Counted from the first letter of the stretch, positions 19,211 through 26,509 are shown. The stretch: 32,000 nt of DNA from Coprobacillaceae bacterium (GCA_963675915.1 OY780959.1:1590001-1622000), one strand, 5' to 3'. Notes: a model not told the origin generated them from the letters alone. A program made the numbers and translations.

Positions 19211-19516
19211 CTAATAATCAATTATTGATAAAAAATCGTTCTCCATACAACGGTAGTCATCAAATCCTCTTAAGGATATTTTATTAATTGATTTGCCCTT
19301 AAGATGGAAGTATTTATTATCAAAAGCTAACAATTGGTCAGACTTTTCTTCTCCTAAGCACTGGATGAAAAATCGCATATATCTATATGGGTCTTTTTGA
19401 AAATCCGCAACATATTGAATCCCACAGAAATTCTGTTCCTTCCTAAAACCATACTTTTTCCTTAACTTTATCAGGAGCTGACGCGCAGCTTCATGGCCAC
19501 TGAGCATTTTTACCAT
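19211..19516 (-). CDS. hypothetical protein (about 101 aa), orphan
   Basis: ORF MVKMLSGHEAARQLLIKLRKKYGFRKEQNF... with no family I recognise. A promoter-like TTGACA-17-TCTAAT lies upstream. Downstream DNA shows only broken reading frames. Confidence 0.45.
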   Translation of the reverse strand: MVKMLSGHEAARQLLIKLRKKYGFRKEQNFCGIQYVADFQKDPYRYMRFFIQCLGEEKSDQLLAFDNKYFHLKGKSINKISLRGFDDYRCMENDFLSIIDY

Positions 19517-19617
19517 AAACACACCATCCCTTCTTCACAACCCTTTGTATCATTAAGTAATATTTTCTAAAGTGAAAACTAAGCCTACCTATCTCAAAAG
19601 AATTTTTCAAGTATATA

Positions 19618-19646
19618 ATTAGAATTGCACTTGACAAAGCTGTCAA
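19618..19646 (-). promoter_or_regulatory. promoter with palindromic -35 region
   Basis: The palindrome TTGACAAAGCTGTCAA (19631-19646) supplies a minus-strand TTGACA. After a 17-nt spacer comes TCTAAT (19623-19618). Confidence 0.4.
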
Positions 19647-19698
19647 AGTCAATGAACTGCAGTTAACGGGGTTTAATGCATATACTAACTAGCATATT

Positions 19699-19851
19699 TT
19701 AACGTAGGCGTATTTGTTTTTTTACCAAAAAAGTCAAATCCAGAAATACTATTACAACTAATAAAATCATAGCTAACACAAACAGCAGTAAATTCTCCGT
19801 CGGATTAATAAAATAAAAAACAGCGCCTACTTTCGCAATAGACAACAGCAT
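19699..19851 (-). CDS. possible small membrane protein (50 aa)
   Basis: MLLSIAKVGAVFYFINPTENLLLFVLAMILLVVIVFLDLTFLVKKQIRLR, two hydrophobic helices. The ATG lies 2 nt after the last stop of the decayed lipoprotein gene. The ORF-track version starts at an upstream TTG. Confidence 0.3.
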   Translation of the reverse strand: MLLSIAKVGAVFYFINPTENLLLFVLAMILLVVIVFLDLTFLVKKQIRLR

Positions 19852-19853
19852 AC

Positions 19854-20167
19854 TTATTTTGAATTTAATGCAATACCACAAATATCATTATCAGAATCAC
19901 CTGAAATAATTAATTCAACCTCGGATCCATGACCATTATAATCTTCAATTTTTTGCTATTATCAATATAATTATATTGATAAACAATTATATCTTCGTAT
20001 TTACTTTGCTAAAGGCCATATAGATCAGAATCAATTATTGCAATTATTTGTGCTTATCCTGTTACATTATTGTGTAGTTGTTCAACACCGACGAATTCCT
20101 CATACCATTTGCAATTAATCGGTTCGCTACAACCTGAGATTAAAATCAAATTCAAACACATATATAG
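19854..20167 (-). pseudogene. lipoprotein gene, 3-prime part (interrupted by transposon and carrying premature stops)
   Basis: It continues the signal peptide begun at 23516: ...MCLNLILISGC|SEPINCKWYEEF. It then has an in-frame TAA, an in-frame TAG and a frame change before the final ...GHGSEVELIISGDSDNDICGIALNSK. Confidence 0.6.
20162..20167. repeat. target-site duplication, left copy (ATATAG)
   Basis: Identical hexamer at 23481-23486, directly abutting both terminal inverted repeats. Confidence 0.8.
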
Positions 20168-20191
20168 TGTAGCTAGTCAATTTATTTGATG
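20168..20191. repeat. terminal inverted repeat, left
   Basis: TGTAGCTAGTCAATTTATTTGATG. The reverse complement of 23457-23480 is TGTAGCTAGCCATTTTATTTGATG. Confidence 0.88.
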
Positions 20192-20313
20192 GATGATTCT
20201 TCAAATTATATGGGCCTTCTTTTGGTCCTTTTTTGATGTTCTTCAAATTAATTGAATGGGATATTCAGTTTATTTGAAATGATGTTTTAGAGGAGAAAGA
20301 AAATAATCGCCTG

Positions 20314-20622
20314 TTAGACGATTATCCCTGACTCGTTTAATTTGTAGATGGCTTGTGATATGGCTTCGCTGCTGATTGGATCTATCTCGCGCAATAGAGC
20401 TGACTTGTTCCAAAATTTGTCTTTGAAATATGATAGTTCCAGTCCCAGCTTCATCAACGGGATGCAAATCCAGTTTCCTTTGGCTGATTTACCTACTATC
20501 ACTTCGATTTCATTGCCGTCATATCTTAGCTGGAATTCACACTTATCTGGGTTTTGCGAGACTATTACTATCTCGTTGGCCCATGTTTTTTCATCATAGT
20601 TGCAGAAGTATTCGATTATCAA
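20314..20622 (-). CDS. orphan 102-aa transposon protein
   Basis: A TTG start overlaps the ATPase stop (TTGA). No recognisable motif: MIIEYFCNYDEKTWANEIVIVSQNPDKCEFQLRYDGNEIEVIVGK... Confidence 0.65.
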   Translation of the reverse strand: MIIEYFCNYDEKTWANEIVIVSQNPDKCEFQLRYDGNEIEVIVGKSAKGNWICIPLMKLGLELSYFKDKFWNKSALLREIDPISSEAISQAIYKLNESGIIV

Positions 20623-21422
20623 ATTACTACCTCTTCGATTGTTTCTAGGATTAAATCGGAATCAATTACTTCGATTTTTCTGATTGCTCCGATAAACATT
20701 GCCCGGTCGCATATCCGATCAATAACCCGACAGGTGCCGTTGGATGCATTGATGATTGCTTCAATGGCATTGTCGTTGAACACTTCTTGAATTGTTTTTC
20801 CGCCTTGGAGCTTGTCTTTGATATAAGCAAGACTTTCAGTTTTGTTTAACGGCTCCAGTTTGTAATTGATAATCATTCGCTGACGCAGTGGTTCATGAGC
20901 GGTCAATTTAAGGTTCCTGGTTATTGTCGGCAATCCGACCATCAAGACTACCGCATGATCCTTGGAATCCATATCAAAATTGAAGATCATCTTCAAATCA
21001 TTAAGAATGGCGTTATTCATGTAATTACATTCATCAAAGATAAACACCGGGGTAATCCTTTTTTCGTAAATCAACTGGTTTATGGCTGATTGGATCTCCC
21101 TGAACAGATCATTCTTTCGATACCGAGGAGTCAAATCCAGCGACTCAGCCAGTTGCATATAGAATTCCTTGACTGTAAGGGTCGACATTGACAAATAAAT
21201 TATCTTGTAAGCTGATTTGGGGAGTGTTTTGATATAGTTCCTGATCATGGTTGTTTTGCCATGTCCAGGTTCACCGACTATTAGTCCGAAACCTTTGATT
21301 TCAAAAAGGCTGTTAAGGCGTACTTTCAATTCCTGGTATTCACTTGTTTCAATAAATAAATTCTTTGAGTTCTTGATAAACGGATTGAATTCCAATCCGT
21401 ATCTGGTCCAATATTTTTCCAT
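20619..21422 (-). CDS. ExeA/TniB-type AAA+ ATPase (transposition helper)
   Basis: N-terminus MEKYWTRYGLEFNPF (ExeA-like GL..PF), Walker A GEPGHGKTT, Walker B VFIFDECN. The ATG overlaps the transposase stop (TAATG). Confidence 0.9.
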   Translation of the reverse strand: MEKYWTRYGLEFNPFIKNSKNLFIETSEYQELKVRLNSLFEIKGFGLIVGEPGHGKTTMIRNYIKTLPKSAYKIIYLSMSTLTVKEFYMQLAESLDLTPRYRKNDLFREIQSAINQLIYEKRITPVFIFDECNYMNNAILNDLKMIFNFDMDSKDHAVVLMVGLPTITRNLKLTAHEPLRQRMIINYKLEPLNKTESLAYIKDKLQGGKTIQEVFNDNAIEAIINASNGTCRVIDRICDRAMFIGAIRKIEVIDSDLILETIEEVVI

Positions 21423-22669
21423 TAATCTTCTCCTCCGCATAATTTTGGCTGCACTCGTTTTACTTTTGAATTAGCGTTTTTATCAAGTAGGTGAATCCGT
21501 TCCAGTTCGCCGGTATTCTTGTTAACTATATAGACGTTTTCCAAGTCCGGAGTATATCGGAACATATGCCTTTCACCAGAATAGATATAATCAATCTCGT
21601 ATTCCCGATTATCTATTTTGATTACCGAATCAGTACTGACAGACCGCTCTACTTCGAACAGGAAAGTATTGTCGATAAAGTCATCATCAAGCCTTTTGAT
21701 CAGATTGCTTTCCTGAAAAAAACGTTGATGAGGTGTCAATCCATTCAAAGACGAATGCACCTTGTTGTTGTAATCATTGATGAACTGGCTTAAATCCTGC
21801 TTCAAACCTTCTAGATTGTTTGTGTAATCTTTTATGTTTATTTGGGCGAAGAACTGATCTTTAATCGTCCGAAACACCCGCTCAATTTTTGATTTTCCTT
21901 CCGGCGAGTACGGTTTGCAGTAGCTGATGGTTGAATTAATCCTTGCTGCAATCATCTTGATCTGGTGATTTCGATAATTGGAGCCGTTGTCAAACCTGAA
22001 CATCTCAGGAACTCCATATTTTGTTACCGCACTTTTCATAGTATCCATCAAATTGACTGTGTTGTCATTCAAATACAAATCAAGATGGACGATCATCCTT
22101 GAAGCATCATCAATCAGGGCAATCATATAAGTTCGGTTTTTCTTGCCATTAATGGTTATGTAAGGACCGACCGAACTGTCACCAGCCCAGTTCATATTGA
22201 TATGGGGCACTTCGTAGCGGCGCATGTCTTTCTTGTTTGATAGACGCAATTCCGACTTTATCTGATTGACACATCGATTAACGGTTGATAGCGAAACATC
22301 AGTTTTCTTGATGATTCCCTTTTCAATCAACTTGCCGTAAATTACAGTTGCCGGCAATCTAGGATAGGTTGTCTTATAATATTTGATTGTTTCAACGATG
22401 TCATCATCCAGTCTTCTTGACTTGCCACAATCACTTCGCTTTTGAGGAATCAATCCATCGAAGCCTTTCTCTTCGTAAGCAGCAATCCACCTGGAGATGG
22501 TACTGCTTGAGACAGTGAAATCACGGTTGTCGAAACTCTTATAGACTTTCTTGGTAGCTTCCGTAATCGCCTGATTCTTAGACCATGCAGCATCGTAATT
22601 TCCGGTAATGATGTCATGAATGATCCGATGGCGCATCAACGCTACGTATTCTTGTTCTTTTTTATCCAT
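21422..22669 (-). CDS. DDE (retroviral-integrase fold) transposase, MuA/TnsB/TniA/IstA-like
   Basis: 415 aa with N-terminal HTH regions. The catalytic triad candidates are WAGDSS, RFDNGS and, about 35 residues later, GKSKIER. The C-terminal beta-barrel-like segment is VSTDSVIKIDNREYEI...MFRYTPDLENVYIV. SD is GGAGG. Confidence 0.93.
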   Translation of the reverse strand: MDKKEQEYVALMRHRIIHDIITGNYDAAWSKNQAITEATKKVYKSFDNRDFTVSSSTISRWIAAYEEKGFDGLIPQKRSDCGKSRRLDDDIVETIKYYKTTYPRLPATVIYGKLIEKGIIKKTDVSLSTVNRCVNQIKSELRLSNKKDMRRYEVPHINMNWAGDSSVGPYITINGKKNRTYMIALIDDASRMIVHLDLYLNDNTVNLMDTMKSAVTKYGVPEMFRFDNGSNYRNHQIKMIAARINSTISYCKPYSPEGKSKIERVFRTIKDQFFAQINIKDYTNNLEGLKQDLSQFINDYNNKVHSSLNGLTPHQRFFQESNLIKRLDDDFIDNTFLFEVERSVSTDSVIKIDNREYEIDYIYSGERHMFRYTPDLENVYIVNKNTGELERIHLLDKNANSKVKRVQPKLCGGED

Positions 22670-22717
22670 ATAATACCTCCGTCACCCACTATATACTAAT
22701 AGAATCGATTATTTAAC

Positions 22718-23272
22718 TCATCCTATGTGGTTGATGGTATACAGGATATTTATGGTATTTCTACATTGCATGAACTGCATCAAATAATTTGAAAAACAAC
22801 TTTCAACAAGTTGGTTAATATCATTTGATTCAATTCTCAACGACATCAAACGTTGCTGCCAAACATTGATATACCTGCTCACAACATTATAAATTTCACA
22901 CTCAGACATATAGGGATTTCGATCAAGAATGGCTTTTAATAGTTTCTGATTATTTTTATGTATGGAAATCTCAACTTGAACAGCCAACGGGATACTTGAA
23001 TATGGAACCAAACATGAAAGAAGAATTGCGTGGGTTCTGCCACAATCCTTACATCTTAGCCGCATTATTCTCAAATTAAAAAAGCCAAAAGGCAGTTTCA
23101 CCCTTCGGTTATAATAACCATGAATTATGAAATTGCCCTGGCAGTCACCAGCGCAACTCAAGGAAAAACGATTGATATTGGAAACCAATTCATTATAATA
23201 GGCCTGGAGTTTGGCCCGCGAATCAATCTTCATCAATTTATTATTGATTTTTACTCCGTGATACGTTATCAT
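22718..23272 (-). CDS. Cys4 zinc-ribbon protein (DUF6431-like), first gene of the transposon
   Basis: SCAGDC...HGYYNRRV...RLRCKDCGRTHAILLSCLVPYSS matches my recollection of the DUF6431 pattern. The start is uncertain: ATG 23272 is chosen, and the ORF is open to TTG 23386. Confidence 0.65.
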   Translation of the reverse strand: MITYHGVKINNKLMKIDSRAKLQAYYNELVSNINRFSLSCAGDCQGNFIIHGYYNRRVKLPFGFFNLRIMRLRCKDCGRTHAILLSCLVPYSSIPLAVQVEISIHKNNQKLLKAILDRNPYMSECEIYNVVSRYINVWQQRLMSLRIESNDINQLVESCFSNYLMQFMQCRNTINILYTINHIG

Positions 23273-23456
23273 ATTCTTGTCTATATGGCAAATGAGAGAA
23301 ACTGCTTGGTGGTGGCGTCTCTCATTTTTTCTTTCTCTAGATTTATTACCAATAAAATAACAAAGCAAAAGGTCAATCTCAAGCAATTTGAAGAAAAATT
23401 CATCAAATTATTTGGAATTGACCTTTATTTATTATGACTAGATTATGGTTAGATGG

Positions 23457-23480
23457 CATCAAATAAAATGGCTAGCTACA
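23457..23480. repeat. terminal inverted repeat, right
   Basis: CATCAAATAAAATGGCTAGCTACA, the partner of 20168-20191. Confidence 0.88.
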
Positions 23481-23486
23481 ATATAG
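23481..23486. repeat. target-site duplication, right copy (ATATAG)
   Basis: Identical to 20162-20167. Confidence 0.8.
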
Positions 23487-23516
23487 GACCATTAAGATTG
23501 CGATTTTTTTGATCAT
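23481..23516 (-). pseudogene. lipoprotein gene, 5-prime part (first 12 codons)
   Basis: ATG ATC AAA AAA ATC GCA ATC TTA ATG GTC CTA TAT encodes MIKKIAILMVLY. It joins in frame to 20161 once the transposon and one ATATAG copy are removed. Confidence 0.6.
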
Positions 23517-23530
23517 GATAGCATTACAGC

Positions 23531-23788
23531 CTAAGATAATAATCCGAAGAGCATAAATAAAATCAATAATACCAAAATAATAATTAGGGTAACAATAAAG
23601 TAGCTAAATTTGCTATTGTGACTCGCTAACAGATCAATTCCATATTTCTTTCTGAAAATCAGGGCCAATATCATAACCGAAATAATTGCTGCTAACGAAA
23701 ATAAATCAGTTTTTAATATATAATCCATAAAAAAACCACAAATGATTACTAGCACAAATGTTGTTTTGATTTTATTTGTCTTGGTCAT
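23531..23788 (-). CDS. small polytopic membrane protein (85 aa)
   Basis: MTKTNKIKTTFVLVIICGFF... with three hydrophobic helices. A TTGACA...TATAAT-like promoter lies upstream, but its 15-nt spacer is short. Confidence 0.5.
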   Translation of the reverse strand: MTKTNKIKTTFVLVIICGFFMDYILKTDLFSLAAIISVMILALIFRKKYGIDLLASHNSKFSYFIVTLIIILVLLILFMLFGLLS

Positions 23789-23998
23789 TTCAATTTACCT
23801 GATACATTATAAATGACTTATCAATCTGTCAATTTATAATGCACTTTCCCTTCTTAATATCTTGTATTAGAATTTAATTGTGAATGTGTACTTTAAGTTT
23901 TATTACCTGTCAAAGAAAAAATTACCGTATTTACATTTCCACCTCAATAAATGCTTCTAGGGTATTCTTTTTTCCTGAATAAAATTTGTTTCAGATTC

Positions 23999-24085
23999 TT
24001 AGGCAAGTACAGCTTGACATCTAAATGAAAATAATTCTGTAAAATATACTACGATAACACATAATTTTGTTAATCTATACTTCAT
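23999..24085 (-). CDS. possible 28-aa peptide
   Basis: GAGGGAG, 7 nt, ATG. Sequence: MKYRLTKLCVIVVYFTELFSFRCQAVLA. Its upstream region is cut off by the IS66 end at 24159. Confidence 0.2.
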   Translation of the reverse strand: MKYRLTKLCVIVVYFTELFSFRCQAVLA

Positions 24086-24158
24086 AGTATTTTCTCCCTC
24101 AATAATACTATGAATTAACTACACACTTCGATATAAACAGAGATATATTTAACCTTTG

Positions 24159-24180
24159 GTAAGCGTCAAATAGAAGGCAC
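24159..24180. repeat. IS66 terminal inverted repeat (tnpC side)
   Basis: GTAAGCGTCAAATAGAAGGCAC. The reverse complement of 26572-26593 is GTAAGCGTCAAATAGATGACAC. Confidence 0.85.
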
Positions 24181-24255
24181 CTACAAATGAAAAGAGCCCC
24201 AGTGTATAATGGGCTCAGTTGGATATTTACGTTGATGCACTAAAAGATCATATTT

Positions 24256-25827
24256 CTATGATTTTTTAGTGATATACAGTTCTTTTGGCAGTTTTGCCCA
24301 CGGCATTACTGTTTCCAATGATTTTTCATCAGTTATATCCAGATCCGGCAAACGGTCTAGGATATACTGGAAATAATCATATGGTTTGAGATTGTTCATT
24401 TTGGCTGACTCAACCAAGCTGTAAATGTAGGAACTGCTATTGGCACCTTTAACTGTATTCATAAACAGCCAATTCTTGCGGCCGACAGTGAACGGTCTGA
24501 TGATGTTTTCAGCTGCATTGTTGCTGATATCTATTCTCCCATCACTAATATATGTTCTCAACTTTGATTCTTGATTGTAAGCATAGTTGATTGCTTCGCC
24601 TAAATGAGATTTAGGTAGAGCAACCTTTTTAAGTTCATGGATTTTTTTGAAGAATTCATTCACTTTCTTCAATGACTTTTCCTGCCGAATTTTGGTCAGT
24701 TTGTCATAATCGCAATCTTTGTGCTTTCTCTCTATGGCGAACAGCTCGTTGATCATTGCGAAACATTTATATGTCTCGGTAGACTCAAGATTGACATTTT
24801 TAGGAACCAGATCCAAAGCTTCTTTGAATTTCCTTCTAGCATGAGCCCAACAACCTGCCTGAGTTACACCTTCGACTTTGTCATATGCCTGGTAACCGTC
24901 TGATATCAAAACTCCTTTGAAATCTTCAAGGTAATTAACGGCGTGCTTATGGGCGCGGCTTGGCTCGTAGTTAAACAGTACGTATTGATTGGCTTCGCTT
25001 CTGCCAGTCATATAGACCCACATGTATGATTTCGATGATGCCGCTTTACCTGGTTCATGTAGCACTTGGACGCTGGTCTCATCGGCATTGATATACTGGG
25101 CCTTCATCAGCTGTTTATACATGTAGTCAATCAATGGTTTGAAGTAGTTATTTGATACCCTGATCAGCCAGTTTGACATGTTCTGACGATTCAGATTGAT
25201 CCTCATTCTTTGATAGGAAACTTCCTGACGGTATAACGGCAACGATTTGACATACTTGTCATTGATGATATTTGCCACCAGTGAAGCTGAAGCAATGCTA
25301 CCGCTGATCAATGGCGTTGGTCCATTAGCTTTGATAATGGTTGCTTCGATGTCGTTCTTCTCGCAATTGCGGCAGCTGTAGATGTGTTCGACATGATTAA
25401 TCACTTCCACTTTGGCAGGAACGAAAATAAGTTCTTTGCGAACTTTTTTCGACATCTCATGCAATTCATGATTGCATTTAGGACAAACCTTTTCATCAGC
25501 ACTCAAAACATAATCAATCGTAGTGTTCTTCAAGGAATCCAAATCCATAATTCTTGATTTCTTTTTGCGCTTATGAGATTTTACTTCGGTGATATTTGAT
25601 TCATCATTGATCGGTGTTGATTCAAATTCAATCTCATCAAACAAAGACAACTGATCAACATGAACTTTTTCAGACGATTGACCAAACAATTTCTTCTGCT
25701 GCAGTCTGACCTGTTCCTTGTACCAGCTGTTCTCTTGAGATAATTGTTCTACTTTTGTATGTAAAGCCATGTAGGATTTTTCTAATTCCTCACGTGACAT
25801 TTTCTTGATATTAACGGTATTTTTCAT
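24256..25827 (-). CDS. tnpC: IS66-family transposase TnpC
   Basis: 523 aa with an N-terminal coiled coil, a zinc finger (CPKCNHELHE...CRNC) and the DDE region (INADETSVQVL). Confidence 0.95.
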   Translation of the reverse strand: MKNTVNIKKMSREELEKSYMALHTKVEQLSQENSWYKEQVRLQQKKLFGQSSEKVHVDQLSLFDEIEFESTPINDESNITEVKSHKRKKKSRIMDLDSLKNTTIDYVLSADEKVCPKCNHELHEMSKKVRKELIFVPAKVEVINHVEHIYSCRNCEKNDIEATIIKANGPTPLISGSIASASLVANIINDKYVKSLPLYRQEVSYQRMRINLNRQNMSNWLIRVSNNYFKPLIDYMYKQLMKAQYINADETSVQVLHEPGKAASSKSYMWVYMTGRSEANQYVLFNYEPSRAHKHAVNYLEDFKGVLISDGYQAYDKVEGVTQAGCWAHARRKFKEALDLVPKNVNLESTETYKCFAMINELFAIERKHKDCDYDKLTKIRQEKSLKKVNEFFKKIHELKKVALPKSHLGEAINYAYNQESKLRTYISDGRIDISNNAAENIIRPFTVGRKNWLFMNTVKGANSSSYIYSLVESAKMNNLKPYDYFQYILDRLPDLDITDEKSLETVMPWAKLPKELYITKKS

Positions 25828-25859
25828 ATCTAGATTATACCAAAAAATCGGCCAAGTTA

Positions 25860-26219
25860 CTAGATAATAAGCCGATTTTCCATGTTTTTAAATGCATATT
25901 TTTGATCGATTTCAAGGCCCTCGAGCAACCAGCGAAACTGTCTTTCATCAATGACTCTGGTGTTTGAATTCTCATCTTCACGAACCTTGAACTTTCCGCT
26001 TTCAAGCCGTTTGAGAAACAGCCAAAACCCACCATTTTCGTAATAAAGAATCTTCATCCTGTTGCGAGCCCGGTTGACAAAAATGAACAAGCTGCCGTTC
26101 ATCACATCCAAATCAAACTCCATGGCCACTATCAAAGACAAACCATCGATTGACTTGCGCATGTCGACATGTCCAGTGGCAAGATAAATATGTTTGACAT
26201 CATCAGTGTTGATAATCAT
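25860..26219 (-). CDS. tnpB: IS66 Orf2 (TnpB)
   Basis: 119 aa. The segment IYLATGHVDMRKSIDGLSLIV is the conserved IS66 Orf2 signature. Confidence 0.93.
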   Translation of the reverse strand: MIINTDDVKHIYLATGHVDMRKSIDGLSLIVAMEFDLDVMNGSLFIFVNRARNRMKILYYENGGFWLFLKRLESGKFKVREDENSNTRVIDERQFRWLLEGLEIDQKYAFKNMENRLII

Positions 26220-26509
26220 TTGATAGCCCCAATCACTTTACAAAGCAGAGACTCATCAAATGTCAGTTCCACATCGTTGACAGTGATTGTAATCTTCCTG
26301 GTGGGATTGTCAATCAATACCGGGGCGAAGAAACGGCCATCAGACTTAACCGGTTGGCTGAGTTCATCAGTATCAATGATCTTACGCCATTTATAAAACG
26401 AATTCTTGTTGATCCCATTTTCCATGCACCAACGGCTAATGGATTTCCCGGAAATCCGCCAATTTTTAACTAGACCATTCCAATAATCATAACGCTCTTG
26501 AGCATTCAT
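26216..26509 (-). CDS. tnpA: IS66 Orf1 (TnpA, HTH protein)
   Basis: 97 aa with an HTH (GKSISRWCMENGINKNSFYKWRK). It has an ATGA overlap with Orf2. Confidence 0.85.
   Translation of the reverse strand: MNAQERYDYWNGLVKNWRISGKSISRWCMENGINKNSFYKWRKIIDTDELSQPVKSDGRFFAPVLIDNPTRKITITVNDVELTFDESLLCKVIGAIK

Larger units (their letters stand above)
20168..23480 (-). mobile_element. 3,313-bp four-gene transposon/IS (DDE transposase plus AAA+ ATPase plus two accessory ORFs)
   Basis: Terminal inverted repeats match 22 of 24 nt and end TGT...ACA. There is a 6-bp direct duplication. Removing the element restores an intact lipoprotein signal-peptide reading frame. All four ORFs are intact and tightly coupled. 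Confidence 0.88.

Noticed and set aside
19069-19287. 72-aa + strand ORF (MYLISLCSIYLHIPFISSTPSIPS...)
   Set aside because: It is a low-complexity translation of AT-rich DNA that overlaps the end of the minus-strand ORF, with no SD.
19854-20167. In-frame TAA and TAG in the lipoprotein gene as possible stop-codon recoding or an alternative genetic code
   Set aside because: Neighbouring genes terminate normally at these codons (for example TAA in rplU and TAG in engB). A frame change also occurs further on, so ordinary pseudogenisation is the simpler reading.
18540-20167. CRISPR array, retron-like or other regular repeat structure in the AT-rich non-coding left arm of the island
   Set aside because: I could find no evenly spaced direct repeats and no reverse transcriptase or cas gene. 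There are only isolated palindromes and broken reading frames.
20270-21793. Overlapping and antisense ORFs within the transposon (20270-20467, 20348-20599, 20430-20648, 20554-20790, 20895-21089, 21247-21474, 21491-21793)
   Set aside because: They are alternative frames of the three well-supported transposon genes and have no independent support.
20162-23486. Possibility that the ATATAG hexamers are an outward extension of the inverted repeats rather than a target duplication
   Set aside because: As inverted sequence they match at only 4 of 6 positions, whereas as direct repeats they match 6 of 6. Removing one copy restores the lipoprotein reading frame exactly.
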